From: Takakia lepidozioides
Taxonomy: Eukaryota > Plantae > Bryophyta
DNA length: 64,000 nt
Assembly (NCBI GenBank): GCA_030704615.1
Contig: CM060732.1
Location: 73,346,001 to 73,410,000, forward strand
Direction: 5' to 3'
Shown here: positions 17,729-32,708 of the stretch, piece by piece
How positions within the stretch are numbered: position 1 is the first letter of the stretch
How the letters are laid out: every line of letters starts with the position of its first letter
Notes under the pieces: generated by a model
Told to the model about the DNA's origin: nothing
Databases searched by the model: none
Seen by the model: only the letters and a program-made list of their open reading frames with translations
Translations under genes and position numbers: made by a program

Positions 17729-20318
17729 GGCTTCTACCTCTCGGGATTGTAGCAGCAAACTCCAAGCACTTCTACCTCTCCTTCACTTCCACCTCCCTCC
17801 ACCTCAGCTGCTCTCTCAAACACCACACTCTTCTACTACTGTCTCCCTATTAACCTCCTTCTTTCTCAACCCTGCTGCTGCTTGAGCTTGAGCTTGAGCT
17901 AGAGCTTCGTCTTCCACACGCTGGATTGAGATGCTCAACAAGCCACAGCCTAAATTTCAATTCCGGTCGCAAAGGCGGCTGCTGCTGAGCAGTGCAGACA
18001 TGGCCGCCACCTTGGGCCCGTGTTGGGCAGGCTGATGCGCTCTTGGGTACAAGCTGCACCAGCTTTGCGGTCTCGACCGGCTACAGTCGGTGGTCGGACG
18101 AGAAACCATCACTTTTCCGTCGACGAGACGTCCAACTGGACACGGAAACCGGAAGTCGGCGGTGGCATGATGGCGGTTGCAAAGGGGCCCCACCGGTGGC
18201 ACGTGCGGAAGCATGCCGCTTGCCTGTACGCCGCCCGTATTCAAAGCAGCGCAGACTTCCCATGCTCGCATGTCCGGCTGCTGCCCTCGTAATTTATAGT
18301 CCACCTTCAAATCCTCGTAGAAATCCGTTGAAGTGCAGTAGATACCCTCGCTTGCTCTGCAACATCACAGCTTCATCTTGTGTAGTTGAATGAAGAGCAA
18401 GATTCGGTGATGAGAGAAGATCATGACACAATCTTGCTTTGTACTGGGTTCTCAGTTTTTCCAGTCCTGTGCAGAGGCTAGTGTTTGCTTTCGGATCATA
18501 TTCATCTTCTTCCTGTGAGACTCGACCGTTGTGCACAAGTTCACCTTTCTGCAAGTTTATCATCCTCCTCGTCTGCCAAGCCCCATATTTCGCAGCTTGT
18601 CTTGCAGATCAGGAGAGAGTATGATAGGGAGGTGGTGACTGGCGACAGCTCCATACTCCATACCTTCGAAGACGGCACTGGGGAGTAGAGTCTAGCATAG
18701 CACTCCCCAAGAGGACTGTAGAGTCAGAACGTATTCGGACATGATTGCGCTGAAATCACAGGTGGCAGCTTTCATTGACAAGATGGCGGCCGGAACTTAT
18801 TAGCTCTCTCAAGACCGTTAACAAAAGCTTCGACAGGTGTGAGCTGCATTAATGTCAGGCTGCATTTGCGTACTCCAAGACACAAGTGTCTCTTATTAGA
18901 CACCGAGCGAGTCTTTGCCACAATAGTGTGGCAAGGTTGGATTGGTGCGGGACATTGTACACACTCATTTCCTTTCATTCCAGAATCCAAAGGCAGCTAA
19001 AGAGGCACTGTGCAGCAGAGACCCAACATGCTCTTGAGTCTTCACAAATTTTATATTGCAGACTGTAATACAATACCCGACCTACTACGTACGCATACTC
19101 TGACAAACTACAGGTGAGACAAATCCCGGGAGATTACAAACAACCAAGAATAGCCCAGAAGCGTGTGAACTAGAAAAAGAATGATGAAATCATTATCACC
19201 AGAAAGCTTATCTCCTGTAGCCCACAAATGGGGTTAGAGAACTGAAGGATCTAATAATGTTTGAGGTGTGCCTCTCATGACCCAATCATGTATATGTATG
19301 TGCAACAGACAATTGGTACTCCTACTCTAGAACTAGATACCGAGTACGCTTGAAACGGCTACATAATCAGACGACAGCCACATTTCAAACTACGGAGCTA
19401 CTGGTGTGAGTTCTGAATAAAATCTTCTCAGGCAGGTACACTGTACCAAAGATGAGGACCATTTCAAACAGTAATCCGTTTCAAAACAACGTATCCTACG
19501 TGTATGTACTTTGTAGATTTGAAGTGGTGGGCGGAGGTTGGGGATTTGTGTATTTGCCATGAGGTTCTGCACACAGGCATGCAAGCTTAGTAACAAGCAC
19601 AATACAAGAGGAAGGTGACTACTCTACCTAATCCAACAGAGAGAAAAACCGATGGGGCTTTTCCAAAGCGAGGTATAATCAGAGGGTTGTAGCTGGAAAA
19701 ACAGTTTTGCACATCATCCTTGTCTCACATTATGCAAGCAAGAGCGGTTAGTGTACAAGAAGCTTCGGATATTGTACATATACAACCCTGCATACAATTG
19801 TGTCATTCTCTAGTTGCTTGCATTGCAGGAAAAGTACCGCCCAGCTGGAGCAGCAGTTGGAAAGATAAGAGGGTCGATGTTTGAAGCACCAATCAGGTGA
19901 TTTGACTTGGTGCAAGAATCATAGATATCTGTATAACTAGTGGATGCGTGTGGTTGGTCAAGAGAAGGGCATGAAAGCTGAGTGTGGTCTGGGACCTGAC
20001 ACATCAAATGCTGATAGGTGTTAAGTGGTGTTGATTGTATAGATTGCCTGGAGCCCGGACTAAAGCATCTTAAATGCTACTGCAAACTGGCTGGAATTGT
20101 GGACTCTGGTTGTCTTATAGTCGAGATAAAACCATTTCAAACCCTTCCCAGTTCTTGTAGCAAGCAACCGGAAGTCACCTGTGAGTAGTTAGTGTCCCTT
20201 GATGGTCAGTATATCATACATGGGTGGTGATACCCCCCCAGGTAGTGTACAGATTATGACAGTGTGAGATTCACCCCTATCTGCAAGTGTGCTCTTTCTT
20301 TTGTGCGTGGTGTTTGTG

Positions 20319-23300
20319 TCACCAGTAATCCCCACAAGAACAAACACCATCTTGGAAGTGATGAAAGCGGTTGGCGTCCCTTACAATAACTGCTCGACCA
20401 ACGATCTTGGAGATGAACTTGGTGGCAGTGTGGCAGTCACCACACACCCGGAGGTTCTTGATGATTCGGATAGGTGTCCCAGGGGGTGTGCTGATGAGTC
20501 CAAAAGCAATGGCCAGCTTCTCACTGTGGTGGTGAAGAGAAAGTTCCTTTTGCTCTTCCTCCAAATCATGCAAGACGAAGTGTGTGTCAGGCACATACCC
20601 AGCCTCCCTCATCCCACTGGACAATCTCCTCAGCTCAGCATGGATCTCCTCAATTTGTGGATGTAATTTGTCTTCTACGAAAAAGGTATGCACCTGGTTG
20701 TCCACCTCAATGCAGCTGCACCCTGGCTCCTTTCTGATACACCTTTCCTCCATCATTTTCCTCACTTCTGCTTTATCACCCCACCTACCAGCTGCAGCAT
20801 AGATGTTCGATAGTAGAACATAAGCTCCAGCATGCCCAGGATCAATCTTCAGAATGGTTTTTGCTGCACGCTCTGCCACTTCCACATCACCATGTACTCT
20901 ACAGGCACCAAGCAAGGCCCTCCACACCCCCACATCTGGTTTGACCGGCATATTATTAAGGAAGTCCTCTGCCTCATCCAATCGCCCTGCACGGCCAAGA
21001 AGGTCTACCATGCACCCAAAATGCTCAACTGTAGGCTTAAGACCATGATCTTGACTCATAGAATCCAAATAATGACAGCCTTCTTCCACTAGACCAACAT
21101 GGCTACATGCAGAGAGAAGAGATATAAAGGTGACACGGTCTGGCTTGAAGCCCTCCTGTTGCATTTGGTCAAATAATTGCAGGGCTTCCTTACCACACCC
21201 ATGTTGGGCACATCCTGCGATCATTGCACTCCATGACACCACGTCTCGTTGAGACATATTCTTGAATACTTCACGTGCATCATCCATGCTCCCACATTTG
21301 GCATACATGTCAACAAGAGCTGTGTCCAAAGTGATAGATGACCCAATCTCCGCTTGGATGATGTGAACATGGACCTGTTTGCCCTTTTCTAGGGCTCCTA
21401 GATTGGCACACGCACTGAGGACAGAAATAAATGTGACCATGTTAGGCGGCACCCCTTCCAATTGCATTTGCTCGTAGACCTCGAAAGCCTCCCTACCACA
21501 GTCATGCTGGGCATATCCTGCAATCATTGTACTCCATAAAACCACATCTCGGTCAGACACATCATCGAACACTTCACGTGCTTCATCCATGCTCCCACAT
21601 TTGGCATACATGTCAACAAGGGCAGTCTCCAGTTTAATGTGTGAAGCAATTCCAGATTTGATGATGTCATAATGGACCTCTTTGCCCTTCTCCAGAACTA
21701 CTGGGCTGGCACACACATTGAGGATGCAAATGAAGGTATCCCTGTTGGGCATCACCTCTTCCCGATGCATTTGGTTATAGATCTCAAAAGCCTCCCTAAA
21801 ACAGCCCTGCTGCACATATCCTGCAATCATGGTGTTCCAAGAGACTACATTTCGTTGAGCCATATTGTCAAACACTTGACGCCCATCCTTCATGCTCCCA
21901 CACTTAGCATACATGTCAGCAAGGGCAGACTCCAGAACAGCATCTGGCACAAATCCAGCTTTGATGACCTCAGCATGGACCTCTTTGCCCTTTTCCAGGG
22001 CTCCTAGACTGGCACACACTTTGACAACGCAAATGAACGTGACCCTGTCTGGCTTCGTACCTTCCCGTTGCATTTGCTCATAGATCTCCAAAGCCTCCCT
22101 ACCACATTGATGCTGTGAGTATCCTGCAATCATGGTGTTCCATGAGACCACATCTCGTTTACCCATGTTGTCAAACACATGACGGGCGTGCTTTCTGCTT
22201 CCGCATTTGGCATACATATTAAGAATGGCATTCTCCAGTCTAATAGATGACCCAATTCCAGCCTTGATGATGTCAGCATGGACTAGTTTGCCCTTTTCCA
22301 GGGCTCCTAGGCTAGTACACGCATTGAGAACACAAATGAATGTGACCCTATTGGCCGTCACCCCTTCCTGTTGCATTTGTTCATAGATGTCAAAAGCCTC
22401 TCTGGCACATCCATGCTGAGCATATCCTGCAATCAATGTACTCCATGATACAACATTCTTTTCTGCCATTTTGTCAAACACATGTTGCGCATCCTTCATG
22501 CTCCCACATTTGGCATACATGTCCACAAGGCTATTCTCCAGATTTACATATGACCCAATTCCAGCTTTGATTACGTCAACATGGACTTCTTTGCCCTTTT
22601 CCAAGACTCCCAGGCTCGCACATGCATTGAGAACGGAAATGAATGTAACCTTGTCAGGCATCACCCCTTCCTGCTGCATTTGCTCATAGATCTCAAAAGC
22701 CTCTCTACCACGCCCATGCTTGGCATACCCAGCAATCATTATAGTCCAAGTAAACAAAGTTCGTTCAAGCATTTTGTCAAACACCTGGCGTGCATCCACC
22801 ATGCTCCCGCACTTTGCATACATGTTGACAAGAGTGTTGAGGAGAAGGGTGTTTGGCTTGAATCCGCTTTGTATGATGTGGACATGCACCTGCTTTCCTT
22901 CTGCTAGGTCTTTCATGTTGATACACTCCTGCAAGACAGAGACATATGTACTGGAGTCTGCCTGAATGCCTCGTTGATTTAACATGTGCAGCTTCTCTTT
23001 CAGTGGTTCTGCATTATGTAGCCTCACATCCCCATAAGAGCCAGAGTAGTTCTGGTTGACTCTCTCTCTTGGTCCTCGTTGTGAAGGAGTGGCGATAGTG
23101 GAGGAGTCGCCCCTGCCACCAGTATGAGGTCCAACAAACAGCCATGGGCGATTCAACCCTTCAATCCTGCATGACTCAAAATTGTTACTTAAGACTCAAA
23201 GTCACATAATACATCTCAGCTCCCAGGTGAAAAGATCTCTTCACGAGCACAGGTCTTGTTAGGGATGGAGTATTAAGGCAATTGAAATGAGAATAAACTG

Positions 23301-23902
23301 TTACCAATTCTACCAGGTTTTTTGGAACCCTGAATCATCATCAAGACAATACCCGCTGTATTCTCGGCCTTGAGCTCTAGGTTGTACATCAACATTAGAC
23401 CTGTCACCCGTTTGTGCCCAACCTTGTTTCCTCGCACCTAGCTCTGCTTTCACCCAAGGAGGGTTTTCCCAACTCTCAATGCAAAGGATCTCCTTTGTGA
23501 GCTTATGTCGGAAGTCTGGTGATCTTGGACTTTTCTGTCAACATCAGGAGTGGACAGCTGAGGGACGATAGCTAGCCTCCCACGGACAAAGCTGCAAACA
23601 CCGAAAACCCTATGCATATCTTAAATAAGGTTAAATATGAGCCAACGCCATTAGTAACCTAGTTTCATGCCTGGATGATCATTTAGGTGATAAGTAAAGA
23701 GTAACAAGGATAAGACTTTGCAGCATTTACAAGATGGGTGAGAAGAATTGAAGCAATCAACTGGAGATACGATCTGGTCCACAAAACATCATCATGCCAG
23801 CAAATACCAACTCTTGCCTCACCTGTCCAAACCTAATATCCCACCACTGCGAAGGATCTGAGAAGAACTGCTGCCAAAAGCGTTCTATGCTTATTCTTGG
23901 GT
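20319..23902 (-). CDS. PLS-class PPR protein with E and DYW deaminase domains (C-to-U editing factor) and an N-terminal OSB-like PDF motif; 5'-most exons unresolved
   Basis: Repeated LVDMYAKCG/VVSWxxMIAGY/VTFI triplets, PG box PGCSCIEV, HSEKLA..CGDCH..DYW. Exons 23902-23823, 23534-23353 and 23166-20319 join in frame via GT-AG. Confidence 0.95.
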
Positions 23903-25346
23903 CTGCACGCACACTACAGCACATGTTTTAGCAGCTCTTAGTCTTATTCAGTTAAGTGATAACGTTAGTTTGCATGGAATTAAATTCTCCCTCTGTGTCT
24001 CTCGTTGGAGCACAGTGTGACCATTGTAATGGCAGCAGCACCATGTGTCCGCTAGAGCAACCAACAACATGTTTTCTAGAACGATTGTTTACTTCCCCTG
24101 TAACAGAATTGTGGCTATGAGCAAGCGTTATGTCGTCTCTAAGCTGAAATCAGTGCAATCGCGACATGGAACCTGGATCGCTCCGACGCACACAGATTAC
24201 AAACCGAGTAGAACAGGAAAGGGAAAAAGGGAAGGCAAAAAATTACCTCCGATCAGTTCCCCTGGATACTGCGAAACCGTCACAGCCATCACTTGCAAGG
24301 ATGTCAGACCCCACATTGCCAAGTTGGATGTCCATTTCAGCTCAACATTGCGGCCAGGCAATTCGACGAAGACCCACCATGGCTACCTACCCAGTACTCA
24401 AGGGAGTTTGTGGTGGTGATGGTGGAGGAATGAAGCTACTGTCAACACATATAAGGGAGATTTACAAATGCGCAAAGTGGGTGCAGGTGCATGTTGGAGA
24501 TCTCTTGTTCTTGGAAAGTAGATCTACACATCAACTAAGTTTCATCAATCAAATTTTCTATGCAGCCTGCATTTGTTGTTGGCCCTGGCCCCAAGCAACT
24601 TCACCAAAAATTCATTTCAAGTTTTTTGGCATAGATCAATTGTTGTAGGATGCAAGTAAACATCAATATGTAATGGATAAATATTGTAGAAGGGTTTTGA
24701 TAATGCAGAGGTCTAGGTGTGTCTACATGTGAAGGGATGGTGTATTGTGAGAGAGGAATAGAAACTGAGTTGTGTGTGTCGTGTGGGATGACAGCAGCTT
24801 AAGGTCTTGCGTCCACGTTTCTTTGCTGCATCCTCCAACATGCATATTCGATCTGTGTGCATGTGCATGAGATAAGAGGAGGAAAGAAAAGTTTTCTAGG
24901 CTTTACACACGGCTCGACTCTGAAACACAGTTAAATCAAGCAGTGGGTCGAGGTGCGCCACAGGGTTCTCTGCACAATGACCTGTAATCAAGCAGTGGGT
25001 CCATGGCTGTTGACGTGCTCGTTCAAGGAGTGGATGCAACAACGACTGCACTGCTTGACAAGAAGAACGAGGAAAAAGTAACCTCGCCAAAGCTAGAAAA
25101 CAATAATAGGAAACCTCCCAGAACGCTGCATTGGGCAGCAGAAAACAACCGTGGTGCACTGACAGGAATCCACCCTCTACGAACCAGGCACAGAAATGAT
25201 CCGGGAGCATAAAGACACAGAGAAAGAGAGAGACAAACGAAAGTCTCTTAAAGACACCCCCTTGTAGATGACTACGAAGGACGTACCGCAAGAGCTTCAG
25301 GGATATGAATGATATGAATATTGAAGTCACAGATGAACGTGATCAC

Positions 25347-26043
25347 CAGCGGTTTTTTTTTCATTTAAGAACTTGAGCCACGTTGGCTCCTGGCTGGCCT
25401 ATGAGGCAGATCAATTGACGATTCTATGGCATGTGATCTCGATCCTGTTGTGAGAATGTTTGATGAGTTATATGCGAACTCAACTAATGTAGTGTTCGGT
25501 TTGTGGGAGCGACAAGGGAGGTAATTTTTTCTAAGTAACAACGACACTGCATATTGCAAAGCCTAGCACAACTCTGTCACATGGATACAATCCATTGACA
25601 AATATGACTAATCTTGTCCAACATCAGCAATCTGCTCAAAGGCTCAAAAGCCTCATGTGCCTGTGCAAGTCTGCTTAAATGGAAGTTCTTGACATGGATA
25701 CTTAGGCGGGTAAGCGAAACTTAAATGAGAGTTCCCTCCATAGCTCGACCCCTTGGCGAAAGCAAGAAGAGTTTGAACCCAAGGCTTTGCTCCTTGCGCA
25801 GGCAGGGTTTTTAGAAATCGAAAGGCAAGATCATCTGGATCTAATGAACCCAGATGGCATGTGGCTCTTTCCATGTGCTACAGTTGTACGGGCGCGGCGT
25901 CCTCATTGCAACGACATGATGGCATTAGGGAGGGCAGTAATGCGAAACGGTGCCATATTTTAACCCATAATTCCTTTTGTAAATTTAGTGAGGCCAATTT
26001 CTGGATCGAAAAGTAGCGAAATTTCACGCAAAAAAAAACGCTG
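25347..26043 (+). mobile_element. hAT-like MITE (697 bp)
   Basis: TIRs CAGCG(G)T9...A9CGCTG; perfect 8-bp TSD GTGATCAC (25339-25346, 26044-26051); second copy at 13629-14317. Confidence 0.88.
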
Positions 26044-26523
26044 GTGATCACCATGGAATATGTTTGGAAGTATATAGAATTATATCTTCATTTCCAAAGA
26101 TCAAAGCATTTGCCAAAAAGGTGACCTTGGGTGGTGAATGTGCAGAATTTTTGGTGAAATCTCTGTAGAACCTTAGGGGTCAAAGGGTTGACAACATAGT
26201 TCTCAAGAATATGTTTGAAACTTTGACTCAGCTGAACAGTGATGATAGTACAGTACAATGTCCGGTCTCTTTCACATCTTCTCAGGCTAAAATCACTTTT
26301 GTTTATATTTAACTCAAGGTGACAAGCGAGCAAATTCTTCAACTTAGTGGGACCTGTTTGTTCTGAGCAAAACGTTTTGGAAGATGGTCTGGCTACTACT
26401 AGATTGACCTGAGCCTTGCTCACAATAGTCAAGGTCAATAGCCAAGAACCAATAAGCTACACATTCGGTCCTGTCATCCTACATGTGAATCTCATGTAAA
26501 TAGCATCATAATAATGTATGTTA

Positions 26524-29500
26524 TCAGAGGCCAACACATTTCACCCAGTTGAAGAATCTACCCAGCCCAAATGGTAGGCCATAGTCCTTCACAAGAGAAG
26601 GTTCATTTCTGGCAGTCCTACCTTTGCTCCAGACATAGAGACCCCTCTCATGCCGGCTACCTGGCACTGTGTTGTCTAAAATAAAAGCAACCAGGAAGGC
26701 AATCACCATATGTAACGACAATATGGTGTTCAGCACAAAGTTAACCTGCCAAAAACAAGCCCACCCCACCCATCAATCCTCTACCCTTATCAATCCTTCA
26801 TATCCATCCTTCAGGTCCTCTGCAGACATAGAACATCAGAAGACTACAAGCCAGTGAGTCTTTCCTCTCATGCACAGTGGGGTTCCAAGATGGCTACATA
26901 CCTTTCCAAATTTGGTGTGGATCGGACCATGAGCCGCAACAATGTACTGTTGAAAGTAGATGGGCACCCCTAGTGTTGGGTTACCACCTGCATTGTACTG
27001 CTGGAAGTATGCTGGCACTGAGAGTGAGAGAAAGAGTGATAACCCCACAATCAACACATTGCGAGAGCTCCCTGTTTCACTGTATCGCAAGTTAGATAGG
27101 CCTAGAGCTGCCAGCATCGTCCACATGACCACCAGCAGCCCTGCAGCTATTACTTGTGGGATTGATGCAAGAAAACCACCTAATTTTCCTGCAGGTCACA
27201 ATTAGATAATCTGTCAATAATCCATGGAATGCAATCCTCAGCAAATACATAAGGAGATCACTCTTTTGACAAACGAATCTCCGTTCAGTGAAACTAAACT
27301 CACCCACTGAAACCCTGCTCAGTGTCTATTTATGGTCCAAACCTGATGTGGGATAACAGTGTGTTGCATCTTTGTACAACAAATTTCTCATACACTCAGT
27401 GCTACACTCTCAGCTTCTACACATCACACAAACCACGATTTCTTTTCATCACCAGTTTTCGATGAGAAGTCTCAATTTGCTACCGTTGACACTTGACACC
27501 ATTCCGACAGCCAGATTCCAATTTCCATTTTCAATGGCCATTCAGAATCTCTGCTAAGAGGAAACTTTTAACCTTGCAAACCTTTTCTACCTATATATAT
27601 ATGAAGTGGAAAAAAACCTACATGCTACCATTGAAAATTTTGAAGTTACAGACGACTGCCATTCCAATATTGAAGAACCTACCAATGATAGACTTAATTT
27701 TGAAATAATACTCACCAACAACAGACGCAACAATTAAGAGGCAAGCACCAAACTCCACCGCATGGCGACTGCCCATCTTGGTGACTGCGATCGTGTGTAC
27801 ATTCTCTGTAAGCGTTGTGGCACCGGTACCAGTGCCCCAAAGTCCCGCTAAGATGCTTGTCAAGCCTTCCAAGCCTATGCCTCGGCTGACTACTCCTGGG
27901 GGAGGTGCTCTTGATGCAACCAACAGAGATGTAGCATGGTATGAGCCCACCTAAAACATTGTGATCCATCACGAATTAGCAACCTTGTTGGCACCACAAC
28001 AACTACATTTGTCATGGGACAAGTTCCGTGTGGCAAGCATACACAACCCACTCCAATTTAAGTGTCTTCAAGTGAGTTGATGACTAATATTTGAACATGA
28101 TCTGGAAGACCACCATCTATTGCCAGCAGTGAAACTAATTGGCAACAGCTGCCCAGTTGTTCTTCCGATATCCCTCTGGCAACCTCATGTCTGACGAGTA
28201 TGTTATCACAATATACCACGTGATCACCTTCATCTTCAAGAAGTGTTACAATGTAAACATGTGATGTGCACTCTGTTGAGATAGAGCCATACTTAGCAGG
28301 AAGACCAATTAGATATTTTCATCCTACCTCCTTGCACCTTACCCTCATATCCAATATGGCCTTGAATAACATATCCGAGAAGATTCCCAATATCGAAGAT
28401 TACGCCTAGTTCATTGTAATGCTCACAAGCAATAATCACATCCTTGGGCTATCACTCATGCTCAAATATCTGGTTAGACCAAGTCTACTTACCGAGTCCA
28501 CTGAAGCGATAAGTGATGCCGCAATCATGACAACTGCTGTTTGCCAATGAAATGTTGGGATACCCCATTGGAATGGATATGGAAACCAGAACCAATGTGC
28601 ATCCTTGAGTGCAGTGGAAGTATCAGTCCGGCAATGCAACATGGTTAGCATATGTTTCTCACAAGCAACAGTCGTGTTTGCATGCTGGTGCTTGAAATCG
28701 CAGCCTTTGTAGGTGTAAAACTTGCTCTCAGTTAGCAGAAAAGCATAGGCCCATACTATTCCCAGGCCCAAAGGTACCTGCCATACATACGTTCAATGTA
28801 CCATTGGCACTTGTCAACTCACTGTTTGCATCTGTGTACAGAAAGAACAGTGTTTAAAGAGAGATTGGAAGAAGGAACTCAAATGCCTACAGTGCAGGTT
28901 AGTAGCCAAAGGCATAGAGCACTAGCAGGCAAAGCAATATAAATTTTGTTTCAAAAACCTCACTTTGCATTGAATTGGGTCTCTACATGGTAAAATGGTA
29001 AACAGTGCAGGTGAGAGGAGCCTCAGAACACACCGCGTATACTTGAAATATTCGGTGGCCAAAAACTGAAATTTTGCGCAGATACTGCAACCAAGCACAA
29101 GGCAAGTCTCTGGTAAGGTCCTTCCAGTAAACAACAAACCATTTTAATGTGTACACAGAAGGTTCTTAAAAGGCCTTTTAAGGACATAGAAAGTTCCCAA
29201 TTTGATTTTTTTGGCAGTCTATGGTAGAACTGGTTCTAACTTGAGGACATTTTCCAGACTGTAGAGACAGCTTGACTGATAAATTGCTACCTATTAAAAC
29301 GAATGGCGGCACAATTTGAAGGGGCTGTAAGTCTCATCACGACTTACCAGTGCAAAAAACACGACTAATAGAATTTGGGGAATGCCGATCTCCGCACAGG
29401 TGCTAACCACTGGGAAACCATACGCAAAAAAGGCTAGTCCTACTGCTGTCACCGTCGGTGCCACCACCACCGGATTGATCAACCTGCAAGTCCATCCATT

Positions 29501-32500
29501 GACTACCCTTAAATCCCCTCTGCAATGCAATTTCGTCTACCAATTTCTAGAAGCTCCAAATGGACAGGCTTAGACTTTGGCTTTAAGCAACAATAGTAAA
29601 CCAGTTTACTGCTCTCACCCATCTAGCCTCTCTTTGACAACAAGGAACTTGCTTGCACCTTTGTGTAGCATGAAGACTTACAATAAAATACTCAGTAATT
29701 ACAAGGAGCATACTAGTATCCAAGAGCCTAGTAAACTCTGCATATACATATCTCCATATGCAAGTAAGCTATCTCCGAGTGTCACCATGACACGGCGCGT
29801 GACTGGCAAGCTCCAGCACTCAAACTGCCTTCATGCACGGTGGTGCATTGTAAAGTCACCATATATACCCTATGAAAGAAGCTACCTACTCTTGATACAT
29901 CACTACCATGTCAAGACAAATCCTTCTTGATTGCCAATCCTAGACAATCGTTCAGTACCTCAGAAGGATTGACATCAGGCCACTGTAACCCAGTAAAGCC
30001 TGGAAAGCAGAAGCAATTAAAATGGCTCCTTGCAATTCTCTCATGGTTTTCTTGAATCTCTGCACAATAGTGAGGTCCGTACTTAGTCAGTCCTATCTGC
30101 TGTATATATAAAACAATTCCAAATGATGCTATTTATCCAAGATAAAATAAAAAATCAAGTGAAGCGCAATTTAAAGAGGTCTCTTAAAAAGTGGCCCTTT
30201 CAGATAAAGAAACCTAAACCACTTGCAATATACACCAACTCGAGACAGTCATATTCTTCAAATCCAGTAAGCAAAATGATGGTTACATTGATATGACAGG
30301 TGAGGGAGGCCACTCTGGTGAAGAGGAATACTTGGATGTAAGGAATTAAGCAGAGACTTTGCAATGAGCATCGTAAGACAGGAGCAACAAATTACAACCA
30401 AACCACTCTTCTGGAGGAGCCAATACTTGCCCTGGAAAATCTAGAAACATTTGAGGAAGAACAAACTTACATCTTCTTTGAGGTTTACAAATTCAGAAGA
30501 GAAAATAATAGCAAGAGCTGGAGCAAGATAGACAAATGAAGGTCCTTGAATAAGTGGCAGCCTTGATCCAAAAAAAGAATGCAGTAGTGTAGAGATCCCC
30601 GACACCAGAAACATACTTGAAATGACCTTGGCTGTTTCCTCCTGCAACATGAGAAAGGCCTTGTGATGAGAAACAGTTGCAAGCCACTTTGAGAAAGCCC
30701 TTGAACAAGCTTGTGTCGTAAATCTTCTAAACTCCGTAAATTTCAGGAGATCCCACAATTATACTATCTGAAGAGAATTAGCTGCTATGTAGCTTCTATC
30801 TACTAGTAGTGCCTCTGTGCACCTGACCTTTGTGAGGGTACTTAGGAGCACCAGAGCAGTCAGCGGTACTTGCAAGTACCGCAAACCTGACAACAACTTT
30901 ATCTATAAGACTTCCAGTAGTACACAATTTGCATACAGAGGGCAAGGGACTGTATTTAGAGTTTTAACGGAGGCCATGGTGCATACCCCCAGAGACAGAT
31001 GGCCATGGAGAGAGAGTGACAGAGAGAAAGCATTGTTCAACACTAACGATACCTGTTAGAGAGAGAGATAGTAACAACACCTACATAAAAACAGAAGGGG
31101 AGATGGTTGTTACTCACGCCAGTACCACCCATCGCCGGTATAAGAACGAGTGGAAGCAAAATGAGCGAGCCAGCTATGGAGAAATAATGCTGGATGCCAT
31201 ATAGAATTAGGGGAACTGCAGAGAAGAGACACACAGAAAAAATGTGTGTAAGTCTGTGAAATCACGTGAATGCTGATTCCAAGCATTTCAAAATTTGTTG
31301 ATTTAGCTAGACTGCCAACAATATTCTGTCGTTTTGGCTTCTGGGTTTTCAAGGTATCAATAACTCGAATTCAATTATCAACATAATTCTATATATTTCT
31401 GACTGATTTGTCAAGCATAGTCTATGCTGAGGAACCACCGAAGGACTACAAAAGGTTGATTTCGAGCCCACCACATTGACCAGGAATGACATGTATCCAT
31501 GTACATGTGGAGTAAACTCCACACTTACATTGCAAAGTTTATGTCAGAGTGTGTTCTTAACCCTCTGAGGATCAAAACTAAGTATCAGACGAGTACCATC
31601 ATCTGCACAGCAGTGACTAGCTCTTAGAAGCTTCCGACTTCATCTGGTCCCTTTGGCGGATGCCATGTAGTATAAAAATGCATGCTCATAAACATAGGCA
31701 TATATGAGTTCCTGCAAGTATATGTCAGGAAAAGCAAGGGATGATGTTGGCTAGCACTCAAAGATGGGTGTAAAGAGTTAACAAACTTTTGCATCTAAAC
31801 AACTTCAAACTTCCACAGCTAGGTAGGAAACTTAAGATCAGAACAGGGGAATGGGGTCGGTGGCACAAGCAGGCATAGGCAAGGAGCGGAGCCTCATTTG
31901 GGACGTGTATGTACATTCAGACAGCACAAACTCTACAATGCAAGTAGAGTTACCGGCCAACGGCCTTAGCTACCGTTTCACGTAGGATAAAAAAGAACAG
32001 AGGGGGAACCTGGAAGGCCCAGTGAAGAAGGGGAATAGTCCACTCACAGAGTCCGGGTGTCTCGCGGAGCTCATAGTTCATGTGAGACGGTTTTGACATT
32101 CCATAGTCATCTGCGTCTTGAGATTGAGACATCACGTCAGCTTCAGAATCTTTGTACATTCTCAGGGGCTCTATTCGAAGCTGTCCACTGTTGGGCGCGC
32201 TGCTCTGCACACCACTTACATTTTCCGAATCACTCGCCTTTTTGCCTGGAAAAAAAGGTCCGGGAGCATCGGCATCACCTACTTTCTTGCCGGGAAGAAA
32301 AGGTCCCGGAGCAACGACTGGACTGGAGGCAGGTACTCCAGCAGCTGGGGGCGCACTTCTCGTCTTCTCAGTCTCATTGGATCCATTTGTATGCCCGCTG
32401 TTGCCATTCTCAAGGTCTCTCGCAGCGGGCTGTTCTGCATAATTAGCTTTCTTCGGGGGGCCACTTTCCAAGTCACTGACCGCAGTAGTAGCCGCGCTGT

Positions 32501-32708
32501 CTCCAGATGCGGTACTTCTGTAACCAGTGCGACGGGCCCAGGAACCAAGTGCTCGTGGATTATAACTATGGTCAGCAGGCAACGGTTCCATTCTCGGTGG
32601 CCAAGGCCCAGGTCTCTTGCCTAGAGATGGAGACTCGGGGTCATGATCGCGAGATTGGGACACTCGCGAGGGTGGTGAGCCGGGCATGCTTCCCAATGCT
32701 GTGACCAT
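26524..32708 (-). CDS. Nucleobase-ascorbate transporter, NAT11/12-like, about 10 exons
   Basis: YGIQHY, GSRLPLIQGPSF, PYPFQWG, TENVHTIAVTKMGSR signature, LDNTVPG; GT-AG exons traced from 32708-32048 to 26745-26524. Confidence 0.93.

Noticed and set aside
18400-20200. Exon-like segments downstream of the PPR stop
   Set aside because: No consistent frame or recognisable protein; possibly a spliced 3' UTR.
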